Positions 13,094 through 25,480 of a stretch of DNA of 64,000 bases are shown here, piece after piece. Under the pieces are notes generated by a model, which saw only the letters and a program-made list of their open reading frames with translations, ran no database searches and was not told the origin of the DNA. Position numbers and translations under genes: made by a program. Positions within the stretch are counted from its first letter, which is position 1; every line of letters begins with the position of its first letter. This stretch comes from Eledone cirrhosa (lineage: Eukaryota): contig OZ024741.1 in NCBI GenBank assembly GCA_964016885.1, forward strand, positions 22,258,001 to 22,322,000. The letters are read 5' to 3'.

Positions 13094-13987
13094 TTTCGCT
13101 TATAATTATCAAGGAAAAAAGTTGAAAAGTTGAACGTGAACATATCAAAATAATCCTTATTTAGCGAAGTATATACATATATACACACAAACACAAATAT
13201 ATATATGAGTGTGTGTATCTATGTATGTACTAAATAAATCAAATGAGGATAAAGCAGGTTGATTTACTTACATGTGTATAAAGATAAAATAACGTCCTAT
13301 TTACAGGTAATATGAAGTGTGCTTAAATAAACACTATACACAACACATATATATAAGTATATATATGACCAGCTTGAACAATGGGGAGAGAAGAAAAGAA
13401 CAGGTATATATATATATATATATATATAGGACAATGTGAATATATATATCGACTGCTGGATCGACTAGGTTTTTGTTTGAGAGAATAGATCACTGAACAA
13501 TATAAACAGCAGGGTGTACGTGTTTTGATTCAATTTTGTTATAAACGAAATCTCCTAATTTCTTTTATAAAATCACACACGCACACACACATATATATAT
13601 ATATACACATATGTATATGTGTATATATGTGTGTGTGTGTGTTTTGATTCAATTTTGTTATAAATGGAATTAAGAAATTTCGTTTATAAAATCACTCACA
13701 CACATATATATGTATGTATCTGTGTGTGAGTGTATATATACATACATTAATACATTCATACACACACACACATATATATAAATATGTATGTATCTGTGTG
13801 TGTATATATATATATATACACATACATATGTATTATATATGTATGTATACATACATCCATACAAATACATACATGTATGTGTGTATATGTACACACACAC
13901 ACACACATATATAATTAGTTATAACAGTAACATATACAGGTACTTAAGTTTCGTTGGGTTATACACCCCAACTCATTTCAGTCTATT

Positions 13988-14173
13988 GTGGATTGGCAGT
14001 ATTGGTAGAGGGTCGGACACCATGCTTTGATGCATAGAGTTACGGCCCTTGCCATTCTGAGTTCAAATCCCGCCGAGGTTAACTTTGCCTTTCATCCTTA
14101 CGGGGTCGATAAAATAAAGTACCAGTAATGCACTGCGTAATTGCTGGCCTTGTGCCTAACGTAGAAACAATTA
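13988..14173 (+). mobile_element. tRNA-derived SINE family A
   Basis: A box TGGCAGTATTGG, B box GAGTTCAAATCC, core gcctttcatccttacggggtcgataaaataaagtacc, end agaaacaatta. At least 12 copies in the window. Confidence 0.88.
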
Positions 14174-14384
14174 TATAAATAAAACATATTTATAACCATT
14201 TAACGTCTGTCTTCCCAGCTACCAGCCGTTGGACATGTCACAAATCAAGTGGTATCGCAGTTATTGATCTCTCGGACATTACACTATTCTACAGTGTGTA
14301 TTGGTAGTGATGTAGCTACAGTGTGTGCCGCCAGCCCTTCAGTTTGCTGCCCCTCTGGACCCCAACAAAAATGCATATTGCTCT

Positions 14385-14422
<38 letters not shown>

Positions 14423-14554
14423 GTGAGGTTTTTTTTTACAAAATGAAAAATAACCGAGGTGTCCTACACGAGTGAAAGTATAAAGAAAAAGAGATGAAAT
14501 CGAAAATGCAACTGGAGTCTTATTTTTTTAAAAAATATATATATTTATTTGGTT

Positions 14555-14592
14555 CCTTTACCGGTTTCGCAGTTCTTCTGCTTTTCAAAAGG
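14555..14592 (-). ncRNA. Mirror copy of the minimal hammerhead motif
   Basis: Exact reverse complement of 14776-14813. Confidence 0.75.
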
Positions 14593-14775
14593 TGAGTTGA
14601 GATGGAGGGTCTGTGGTTTTTCTCACATCTGGTTGGTCTCTGAATGTTACTTGTTTTATATGGAAAAAGTGGCTCGAAATGCCAGGTTTTTCGAGCCACT
14701 TTTTCCATATAAAACAAGTAACATTCAGAGACCAACCAGATGTGAGAAAAACCACAGACCCTCCATCTCAACTCA

Positions 14776-14813
14776 CCTTTTGAAAAGCAGAAGAACTGCG
14801 AAACCGGTAAAGG
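14776..14813 (+). ncRNA. Minimal type I hammerhead ribozyme motif, U3-A8 variant
   Basis: CCTT [TTGAAAA] GCAG-AAGAA-CTGC [GAA] ACCGGT [A] AAGG: stem I CCTT/AAGG, stem II GCAG/CTGC, palindromic stem III, GUA site. Confidence 0.75.
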
Positions 14814-14882
14814 AACCAAATAAATATATATATTTTTTTTAAAAATAAGACTCCAGTTGCATTTTCGATTTCATCTCTTTTT

Positions 14883-14953
<71 letters not shown>

Positions 14954-15065
14954 CATATACATATATATATTGATAACCTTGACCGACCAGTCTGTTGGGC
15001 GACGATTGGCGCCGCTAGTCACAGCACGTCGTGCTGTTTTAGCCATATATATATACATATAAATG

Positions 15066-15107
<42 letters not shown>

Positions 15108-15139
15108 ATAAACGTTCTGCGTGGTTGCATATGGGTTAC

Positions 15140-15403
15140 ATATGAATAAAGTGGTCCTTCATCAGTGATCTTTCAACCATCATCGTATTCCTTCGCTTTA
15201 AAGACCATATACCTGCGGTTCTTCCTCACTTTTCGTTGCTTCACCATCTTTGTTTGTTTACACTCTCGCTGTTCCCTTTATTTACGTGTCCCAACGACTT
15301 TCTTTAGCCGTTGCTCGCACCAACCGGAGGTATATGGTCTTTAAAGCGAAGGAATACCGATGATGGTTGGAAGATCACTGATGAAGGACCACTTTATTCA
15401 TAT
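15140..15403. repeat. Inverted repeat, arms about 81 bp, spacer about 100 bp
   Basis: 15140-15220 vs 15322-15403 with few differences; flanked by (TA)n. Confidence 0.92.
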
Positions 15404-15556
15404 ATATATATATAACCCGTTTTACGTGTGTTGTGTTGAAGCAAATAACTATGTGTATACTCTGGGAATGTATCTTACATTGCCCATGAAGTACGCTGAG
15501 ATACAACCGGTACTGGCATTGATAAATAAGCTGGGTCCGTCAACTCCTTATTATAT

Positions 15557-17660
15557 ATATTGTTATACTTTGGGATGGTCATGTTGCCAATAAGAAACAC
15601 ACGCACCAGTTGCTTTCACTCCAATTTATTATAAATTAAAAAATTCTTTTTTTTTTAATTTATAAATTTCCAGTTGGTTGGTTGGTTCCACAACCGGACG
15701 GTTGTTCATATATTGTCAAAGTTCTTTCGTCACACATTCTGTGACCTCTTCAGTGACTGGGATTCTTTTCTTTGTTTTGTGCCTCTCCTTTGTTCTGTCC
15801 TACGCCATCTTGTCTGTGTGTGTGTTGTGTGCTTAGTTTGCGCATGTGTTACATCCGGGTGTCTGTGTGCGTTTTTATTTGTTTATTTTATTTGTTTCTT
15901 TACATGTTACTGGTTGGTTGTTTGTTCTATGTGTGTGTGTTTTCATTTTGTCCTTAATTGTAAGTTGTGATGTTACTATTCCATTCATGTTTTCTATTTA
16001 ATTTTGGTTGGAGTTTATTTATGTTTATTGCCTCTGTGATTTGTCTAAACATTGCGTCTTTTCTGTGTGTAGATTTTATTTTTATTTCTATGTTCTCTAA
16101 TTTGCCCTTATGTTCTATTTTAGCATGTTGGTGGAGTACTGATGATTATTTTCTATCTTGAAGCTCTCGCCAGTGTTCATTAACCGTTCTCCTATACTAC
16201 GAGCTGTCTCACCTATGTACACTATATTCTTATCTTTACATTGTCCTTCAGTACATCTTATGCTACATACTATGTTTCTAGTTTTACAGTTAATATGGGG
16301 GCTTAGTTTACAGATTAAGCATTTCTTATCTATACAGGGAGGTCTTTGAAAAGGGTATGTATTACTAATAAGTGTTTTTATGGAGGTACCTGGTCTTTCT
16401 ACTATCTTAATATTAAGTTTAATTTTATCTAGGGCCCTTCTAAATTTGTAAGCTAATTCACTTCTAGGGGTTGTATTGATGAACATTACACTCTGGTATA
16501 TATTGCTATAATACCATGAGTTTATTCTATTAACCTTATTCCTAGTTCTTTCTATTCTATTCCAAAATTTGCTCCTATACAAGGGGCAGGTCCCATTTGT
16601 ATCATTATTTACCATTTTTTCCCATTTGGTTCTGGCTCCTCTATATACTCTGATTTTATCTCTCTGATTGTAACCAGAGAACTGCATACGGTGGATGAAG
16701 TGTTGTATGTGTCTCTCTAGTTCTTTGGGGTTGCACATGCGGGACACGTTTCTCATCACCCGTACTAAATCCGCAATCAGTATGTTGATTTTGGTGTGAT
16801 CCGAAACAGTTGAGTTTCGGTGGATCAAATATTTGGAAGTCTTGGGTTTGGCATAATGGGAATGGGCGATTTGTTTTTTGTTATTAATGGTTTCTAATCA
16901 GATCTCTGTGTCTAGTACAGGTAATCGATGGTTGGGGTGTTTGCTTGGGTAGTCTATAGTAACTCTAATACTCTGGTGGATGGAGTTAGCTATTTGCTGG
17001 ATGCTTTCCATGGTGTTTTTCTCTAATTGCTGACTGTTCTCTAGTGGAGGTGTTTTTACTACGATGTTTATATCATCAACGTAGCGAGAGTACATTATCA
17101 GGGTTAAGAGGTTGCTGTCTTCTAATTGTTCTTTAAGTTTATTGTCCCACCATACCATGAATAGGTTAGCTATGTCACCTGCAATGCTAACACCACTGGC
17201 TGCTCCCTCCTCTTGGGCATATTTCCATTAAATTTGAACATATATTCCTTAAGGGTTAGTTTTATACTGGTCCCCACCGCATGTGAAATCATTTTCTTTA
17301 GTTCATCGTGGTTTTCGGGGGTTCGTATGGCTCTGGTCCACCCATTCCATCTTTCTGTGTGGGTTTTCTTGGCCATTGAGGTAATGGTAGGTGGTCTGCC
17401 TCTTACTAGTCTTGTGGTTCTAAGGTCATACGTATCTAGATAATAATTACTATAAGTAAGTTTAAGTAGGAGTCCCAGCTCACTGGTATCAATCCCACGG
17501 AATTCAACATTGCTCTCACTGATAGTTAGTTTCTAGCGTAATGCTCCGATCTTTCTCTCTTTCTGTAGACCACTGGGGTCTGTTGATAGTGGTGAATCTT
17601 TCACATAGCTTGTTCTGTAGTGGAGTGCTCCGATGTCTCTGTTGCTAAGGTGGGAAAATA
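15557..17660 (-). mobile_element. Decayed Penelope-like element (RT + Cys-rich linker + GIY-YIG; Neptune-like)
   Basis: RYVDD (16898-17158), LPVLD, CxxxxCxxC linker, NIV..C...YIGETARS, and frameshifted C-terminus RQITEA..LNRKHEW near 15980-16070. Confidence 0.9.
15715..15757 (-). ncRNA. Hammerhead ribozyme motif in the Penelope 3' pseudo-LTR
   Basis: GTCA [CTGAAGA]G GTCACA-GAATG-TGTGAC [GAA]A GAAC T T TGAC. One extra nt after the core; minimal stem III. Confidence 0.7.
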
Positions 17661-17797
17661 TAGGCTTTATATACCTGTCGCTTTCTGCCTCCCACCTTTA
17701 GGGGATAGCCCACGCATGAACCTGTTTACACCAAAAGGGTGATGACCTAGAATTTGACCTTTAGGTGTCACCCAAGGTTCAAGGCACGGACAGATTT

Positions 17798-17935
<138 letters not shown>

Positions 17936-18021
17936 ATATATATATCAATAGATAGATAGATAGACTTCGTTTTTGAATTTGTTTTGCAAGATTTCTTATC
18001 TGAAAAGGTATGTTGAAGCAT

Positions 18022-18174
18022 ATATTGTTATACTTTGGGAGGGTCATGCTGCCAATAAAAACACACGCACCTGATGGGTTTCTCTTCAATTTATTATAAC
18101 TGTCCAGCTGGTTGGTATAATAACCAGATGGTTGTTTATATATTGTCAAAGCTCTTTCGTCACACATTCTGTGA
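18022..18174 (-). repeat. Partial upstream pseudo-LTR of the Penelope-like element
   Basis: Diverged direct repeat of 15557-15744, ending inside hammerhead stem II where a SINE A fragment starts. Confidence 0.8.
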
Positions 18175-18323
18175 TTTGAACTCAGAACGTAAAGGGCCAT
18201 AACTCTATGTCACAAAGCATATTGGCCGACTCTCTACCGATACTACCAATAATATTCAACACAAACACGAACGTCAACAGATTTGCTAATGGAACAGACA
18301 TATTATACAAAGCATATAAATGA

Positions 18324-18700
18324 ATTTACAGTAGATAACATTACAGATGCTTAGATAACATTATAAATTGCTCGCGATTCTTTCAGAAAGATATATTCTT
18401 ATAACGTTGCAATATTAAAGAAAATGTAAAGGAAGGGGTGAACAACCGAGCCAACACCAGAGCAAAAGACAGCAACGGCGCAAGGAGTACTGGGCAACCT
18501 CTCTAATGATTTGTGAGGCAACCCAGCACACTCGCAGCGTTGCCTCGGGTGATGATGAGGCTAATGCGCTGGAACAACCAAGCGCCCTCGCGAGATTTGT
18601 CAGTTACTTCTATTAGGCGAGCCGCCAGTGAAGAGAGGAACCTCGCAGTCAGCGGCCCGACTCCCCCAAACGTCTGGAAAGCGACAGGCTGAAAAATGTA
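18324..18700 (-). mobile_element. CRE-like non-LTR retrotransposon 3' end
   Basis: Minus strand reads SREGAWLFQRISLIITRGNAASVLG*, the typical CRE endonuclease end, followed by a 3'UTR. Confidence 0.7.
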
Positions 18701-18764
18701 GCTGGCCGACAGATCACAGTATTTTAATCATATATAGACATCTATCTATGGTAAATAATTTATA

Positions 18765-19105
18765 CTTGAACTCCGAACTGCTGAGCTCCTCCGCAATGTC
18801 GGTACGTCGGCGGCTCGTCTGAGGAAGGAACCCCATGAGGTGGGGTGCTGTTGCAGCGGGTGTCACTGGCCATCGTCCGTGGGAATGCTTTTGCCGTCTT
18901 GTCCGCGGGGAGAAACACTTCTGTCCTCTTGCCCTAGGCCCAAACACCCAATCACCCCCTCACCTCTCCCCTCTCTTCTGCGACACCAGAGCTCTTGCCA
19001 TCCCTTCCCGTTCTTTTTTTTCTTTCTTTTTCTCTTTTTTCTCTATATTTCCCTATTCTTTTTTTCCTTTTGTATCCTTTTCTTTTTTTATTATTGCCGT
19101 TATTA
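18765..19105 (+). mobile_element. Second CRE-like family 3' fragment
   Basis: LLQRVSLAIVRGNAFAVLS followed by a pyrimidine-rich 3'UTR; homologous to 25120-25440. Confidence 0.65.
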
Positions 19106-19110
19106 TAGTT

Positions 19111-19295
19111 GGCATTGGAGAGGTTCGGACGCCATGCTTTGCAGCAAAGAGTTACGGCCCTTTATGATCTGAGTCCAAATCCCGCCGAGGTTAACTTTGC
19201 CTTTCATCCTTACGGGGTCGATAAAATAAAGTACCAGTGATGCACTGGGGTAATTTCTGGCCTTGTGCCAAAAGTAGAAACAATTATTATTATTA
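19111..19295 (+). mobile_element. SINE family A
   Basis: Family core and agaaacaattattatt tail. Confidence 0.85.
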
Positions 19296-19477
19296 TTGTT
19301 ACTGTTAATTAATAAAATATGGGATGAAGGCAAAAACACTATAAACTATAGGCCCTTGTCGTTTCAAACCTATTTTTCACGCATACAAAATGTTATTGGA
19401 AATATAATTTAAAGGGGAGCAACTCCATTAGCATATTCACATGTTTAATTCGTACACACCACCTCAAGATTTTAAAA

Positions 19478-19697
19478 TAATGGTTTCTTATATAGGCACA
19501 AGGCCAGCAATTTTGAGGGAGGGCAAAGTCCTTTAAATCGACACCAGTGCGTGACTGGTACTTTATTTTATCAACCCCGTAAGGATGAAAGGCAAAGTTA
19601 ACTTCGGCGGGATTTGAACTCAGATCATAAAGGGCCGTAACTCTTTGCTGAAAAGCATGGCGTTCGACCCTCTACAGATACTGCCAATCCACCACCC
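19478..19697 (-). mobile_element. SINE family A
   Basis: Reverse complement of the family consensus. Confidence 0.85.
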
Positions 19698-20856
19698 TAG
19701 AATAATATACAAATGTCAGGGAAGTGAATAGTGTATGAGTCATGATATACATGTGTGCGTGTGTATGGAGGGGGAATATTAGGTGTAGTGTTGGTGAATC
19801 TCAGGAAGCATGGAGGTTTTAAAGGATGCAGTGTCTCGACAGCTAACAACTGATGCAGGTAGTTTGTTCCATGGAGGTTTTAAAGGATGCAGTGTCTCGA
19901 CAGCTAACAGCTGATGCAGGTAGTTTGATCCATGGAGGTTTTAAAGGATGCAGTGTCTCGACAGCTAATAACTGATGCAGGTAGTTTGTTCCATGGAGGT
20001 TTTAAAGGATGCAGTGTCTCGACAGCTAACAACTAATGCAGATAGTTTGTTCCATGGAGGTTTTAAAGGATGCAGTGTCTCGACAGCTAACAACTGATGC
20101 AGGTAGTTTGTTCCGTGGAGGTTTTAAAGGATGCAGTGTCTCGAGAGCTAACAACTGATGCAGGTAGTTTGTTCCATGGAGGTTTTAAAGGATGCAGTGT
20201 TTCGACAGCTAACAACTGATGCAGGTAGTTTGTTCCGTGGAGGTTTTAAAGGATGCAGTGTCTCGACAGCTAACAACTGATGCAGGTAGTTTGTTCCGTG
20301 GAGGTTTTAAAGGATGCAGTGTCTCGACAGCTAACAACTGATGCAGATAGTTTGTTCCGTGGAGGTTTTAAAGGATGCAGTGTCTCGACAGCTAACAATT
20401 GATGCAGGTAGTTTGTTCCATGGAGGTTTTAAAGGATGCAGTGTTTCGACAGCTAACAACTGATGTAGGTAGTTTGTTCCATGGAGGTTTTAAAGGATGC
20501 AGTGTCTCGACAGCTAACAACTGATGCAGGTAGTTTGTTCCATGGAGGTTTTAAAGGATGCAGTGTTTCGACAGCTAACAACTGATGTAGGTAGTTTGTT
20601 CCATGGAGGTTTTAAAAGATGCAGTGTCTCGACAGCTAACAACTGATGCAGGTAGTTTGTTCCATGGAGGTTTTAAAGGATGCAGTGTTTCGACAGTTAA
20701 CAACTGATGCAGGTAGTTTGTTCCATGGAGGTTTTAAAGGATGCAGTGTCTCGACAGCTAACAACTGATGCAAGTAGTTTGTTCGATACTTCAGCAACTC
20801 TGAGCGTGAAAAAATGTTTCCGAAAGTCATGGGAGCTGTGCTGTTTTCTGACTTTG
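19698..20856 (-). mobile_element. CR1-type 3' fragment containing an amplified 61-bp unit
   Basis: Flanks match the CR1 ORF end and 3'UTR (3230-3465). Confidence 0.88.
19810..20782. repeat. 61-bp minisatellite, about 16 copies
   Basis: Unit tggaggttttaaaggatgcagtgtctcgacagctaacaactgatgcaggtagtttgttcca. Confidence 0.96.
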
Positions 20857-21247
20857 TTGACTTTAATTGTCGTTAGATCGTCGAATAGAATGGTTTGTAA
20901 CATTCGTTCCGGTTCTCTGCTCTCTGAGTTCAAATCCTGCTGTCAACTTTGCTCTTCATCCTTTTGAGATCGATGAAAAAAATACCAGTTTAGTACTGGG
21001 GTAGATTCTTCCTCTATACCTCTTTCTCATTTCCACTCTCTCACTCTCCATCTTTCTCTGGAAGAAATATGCTGTATTCAGACCTGGAGAGTAGATGGGC
21101 TCTGCCAGGTTTTAAAATGACTTTGAAACACCATATGTCAAGAGTTATAGAAACATACATGCCTATTTATAAGTACACTATGTTTTGACTGATTTAATTT
21201 ACAATTAATAGTGAATTCAAACTAGCAACTTATATTTCTAAATTAAA

Positions 21248-21550
21248 TAATTGTTTCTACTTTTGGCACAAGGCCAGTAATTATCCCAGTGTATTACTGG
21301 TACTTTATTTTAGCGACCCTGTAAGGATGAAAGGCGAAGTTAACTTCGGCGGGATTTGAACTCAGACCATAAAGGGCCGTAACTCTTTGCTGCAAAGCAT
21401 GGCGTCCGACCCTCTACGGATACTGCCAATCCACTGCCCTTAGAGTTTCTACTTTTGGCACAAGGCCAGCGATTACCCCAGTGCATCACTGGTACTTTAT
21501 TTTATCGACCTCGTAAGGATGAAAGGCAAAGTTAACCTCAGCTGATTTGA
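21248..21550 (-). mobile_element. SINE family A, one full plus one partial tandem copy
   Basis: 21248-21440 and 21445-21550. Confidence 0.85.
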
Positions 21551-23904
21551 ATATATGATTTTGTAATATATCAAATCAAAATTACATTATTAAATCTTAT
21601 TCTTATTTTGTTTCTTGTAAATCATTTTTTTTTTCAAAATATTAATTCAAAACTTTTGTGAATAGGCATCATATCTTGTCATTTACCTATGGTTTAAATT
21701 TCATATAAATCGAAGGGAAAAAATTTTCAGTGGGGGTTTGTGCCCCTTGGGGACCCTTTGATTCAAATGAAATATACTTATCCAAGTACCCTGGGCAATG
21801 TAGTTTCAGAATATATTTGGTTATGGGGGTTTATCTCCAAAACCATAGGAGGAGTTTGTGAACAAACAAACAAACAGACAGGAACTACAACTTTATATAT
21901 AGAGATGTTCAACACTAAACGTTTCCTCCCTCACACACACAACTAAGGTACAAAAATGTATATTGATATTCTTTTATTTAATTAACTTTTTTAATACTAA
22001 ATCTTCTCTTTCCAGCCAGATCTGCACTTCCTATCACCAACCACTTCACAGTGTGAACTGGATGTGTTTATTGTGTAAATCACCAACACTAGGGAGGCTG
22101 CCATGCCATTCACACTATTAGAGGGTTCTCCTGACCCTTTGTTTGTTTGCTTGGCAAGCTCTGAGTGGCTGGAAGCCCTTCCTATCACCAACAGTTTTCT
22201 AAAATAAAATAAAAACTACCTATAATTACTCTAAATGTTGTGATAACTAACAATTAATTGTTGTGGTCGTCTTTCTGACTATTTGTGATCAGCTTTTTCA
22301 AAAACTTTATTTTTCTAATTCTTAACTTATGAATAAAAGAAGATAGTTGTTGATGGTTAGCTCATGAAATGTATTCCATTTCAGTTCCCTATATTCTTTT
22401 GCCTACAAAAGTTGGCCATGTGACTAAGAAGAGCAGAGTCATCATAATCATCATCATCATTTAATTTCCTTGCTAGTAAGGGTTGGATGGGTCTTTACAG
22501 ACTGAGTTAGTACACTAGTGGAGCCTTGTAGCTTTCAGAATGACGGGGGGGGGGAGGCTGAGGCTACATCTAACATATGTTTCTGCACTCTACAGAGAGC
22601 ATTTTATCATGTAGGTCACCTTCCAACCTTTTGTTTAGCAAACTTGGTTCCTTTCTTGTCACCAACTACTTCACTGGTGTATTTATCATGTAGATCACAA
22701 ACACAGAGAAGTTGTCATGTCTTTGACACAACTGAAGTGTCCTGACAGGTTTTCTACTGCAGGTTTTCAACCACTTTACAGAGTGTACTGGGTGCATTTG
22801 TCCTGTGTATCATCATCTTAGTGGGGGAGGTTGTCATGTCTTTGACACAGCTGAAGAATCCTCCTGATCCTTTAGACTAAATTCCTTTCAGTATTTTGTT
22901 ATATTCTGAGTTTAAACTCTGCTGGGCTTGACTTTACCTGTCACCCTTCCAGGGCAAAAAAGAACATCTATGGCTGATATTTACCGAAAATTATTGTGAA
23001 TGCAAGCAGCTGAAATGGGGTACCTCCGAAGGGTCTTTAGAGTAATGTTACTTGATAGAGTGTGTAACGTATATCAGAGAGTCCAGGTACAGCCACCACT
23101 CTGAATTGGGAGATCACAGCTCCGATACTATGGGTTAGATTGTCTTAGGAAAGAATCTCTGGACAGATTTTACGAGCAAAACCAACTGGAAGGAGAACCA
23201 GGGGTAGCCCCTAAGCAAGATAGTTGGATAACATCCATCAACTTGGCTGGTATAACTTGGGGATCTAGCCGGATCAGTTGGAGATGATTGATTCTGACAG
23301 GGCCCACTGGAAGTAGTGTTTGAGGACTCTGCTGCCACGACCCTCCCAAGAATAAGTGGAAGAGAAAGAAGAGAGAAATAGGTAATGTTTCTGAAAGAAG
23401 AAATAGAGGTGTTGTGATGTTCATTTCCATAGTGTTCTTCACCATTCCCTAAAATAGCAAACCTTCTCTCAACGAAATACAAGGATAATATTTGGAGGCA
23501 ACATGCTACATGATCACTATAATTAATCCCTGCATGAGAGCATCTACATGACCTGCTAAAAATAGTAGCTAAATTTACATCAAACTGACACTATTCAATG
23601 TCTTTCAAAGAAGACATTGGGTAGTATAGTCCTAGATACAGTTTATCAGATATCAAGTTAGGATGGGCACCTTAGATCACAAGTCTACTTGTTGAGCACT
23701 GACCTAGGGCTAAACAAGAACAGGCATTTATTTTATTGATCCAGAGAAATTAAATGCAAGGTTCACTATGAAACTAAATACAATTGCATTTATTCAGATC
23801 ACTTTTTTCAACTCACCATCACGCCCTGAAAATAACAATACTTTCTGATTTAATCACAAGGCCAACAATTTTGGGGGAGGGCAAAGTCAATTAAATCAAC
23901 TTAT

Positions 23905-24366
23905 ATGCATGGTCATGTAGGTGTCACGACAAAAAGCACCTAGCCCACACTGAAGAGTGGTCATGTAGGTGTCACAATAAAAAGTACCCAGTCCACACTG
24001 TACAGTAATCGTGTATGTGTCACAACAAAAAGCACCCAGTCCACACTGTAAAGTGGTCATGTGGGTGTCACAACAAAAAACACCCAGTACACACTGTAAA
24101 GTGGTCATGTGGGTGTCACAATAAAAAGTATCCAGCATACACTGTATAGTGGTTGTGCAGGTATGACGACAAATAGTACCCAGCACACACTGTAAATATT
24201 TTTGGTGTTAAGAAGGGCATCCAGCTGTAGAAACCAAGCCCAAATCAGTTCTGTATGAGCAAGACATGGTCACCTGAACTACCTTGTCTCACGACAGGGC
24301 AACTTGTCTAATCCATGTTAGCATGGAAAATGGACATTAAACAGTGATGATGATGATGATGATGAT
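23905..24366 (+). mobile_element. RTE/SINE-B-related 3' region with about 6 copies of a 48-bp unit and (GAT)n tail
   Basis: Unit gtggtcatgtaggtgtcacaacaaaaagcacccagtccacactgtaaa, then aagggcatccagctgtagaaacc and gatgatgat. Confidence 0.7.
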
Positions 24367-24894
24367 GAGATGAATGGTCCATACAGGTGAATGTTTCTAT
24401 AGAATGTACTTGTGAGGAGTTATGCCTGACAGGTTGAATGTGTATACAGTTAGCTTTTTTTTTAAAGTGACAGCTGTAAATCTGTGGTTTATCTACTTAT
24501 TCTTTATATTTTATCTTGGTGATTAGTTATGCCTGACTGGTTCTCAGCTAAGGCCACTCCTTAGCTAAATCAGCTGTTGTATATATATTGGTGAGGGGCT
24601 ATCCCTGACTGGTTCTCAGCTAAGGCTACTGAGTGTGTTGTCTCAGCTAGTTGAGTATTAATAGTTGATGAGGAGAACAAATTGTTATGACCTTCACACT
24701 ACTGAAGAGTTCTCTCAACCTTTCCATGACATGGTTTCTACAGCTGGATGTCTTTCCTACCACCAGTCATTTTACAGAGTATACTGGGTGCATTTATCAT
24801 ATAGATCAGCAACACTAAAGAGGTTGTGGTGTCCTTCACCCTTTCATGACATGGTTTCTACAGCTGGATGACTTTCCTATCAACAATCACTTTA

Positions 24895-25480
24895 TGGAAT
24901 CACCCTCTTCCCATTCAGAGGTAGATCCCTCATCTGGGACACCATATGTTGTGACACATTCTCTGCCTCCAACTTAGTCACTTTGGCAACAAACCTTGGT
25001 ACTGCGGCCCGCAATACAGAGGAAAGGAAGAGAAACAAATACCAGGGATTGTCCAGCTGCATCCTCTTCGCAACAGTCACCATCAAAACCTCAGGTGTAC
25101 TTGGCCCCCATACTGTTGAGCTCCTCCACAAGATCGGAACTTTAGCACCCCCATCTGAGGAAGGAGCCCCGCGAGGAGGGGGTGGCTGTTACACCGGGTG
25201 TCGCAGGCCATTGTCTGCGGAAATGCTTTTGCGATCTTGTCCATGGGGGCGCAACCCCAACACCGCCGTGACCTAGGCCTAGAGCCCATCATCCTTTCCC
25301 CTTTCTCCTCCCTTTATTCTGTGACCCTAGAGTCCTTGCTTTTTCCCCTCCTTTTCCTCTCATTTATGGCCATTTATAGTCCTTTCCTCTACAGCCAGAT
25401 CTGCCCTTCTTTACCCCTTCCCCTTTTTCCCATTACTTAATTTTGTTTTTATCTTTCTTGTTCATATTTATGTAATTATC
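24895..25480 (+). mobile_element. CRE-like restriction-like endonuclease fragment
   Basis: AARNTEERKRNKY...VTIKTSGVLGP...ELL, then frameshifted RVSQAIVCGNAFAIL. Confidence 0.7.

Larger units (their letters stand above)
14479..14889. repeat. Fold-back palindrome, 201-bp arms, 9-nt loop, between (TA)n tracts
   Basis: 14479-14679 is the reverse complement of 14689-14889 except about 2 nt at a T/A run. Confidence 0.97.

Noticed and set aside
14520-14842. Two near-identical ORFs on opposite strands
   Set aside because: A by-product of the palindrome; no protein features.
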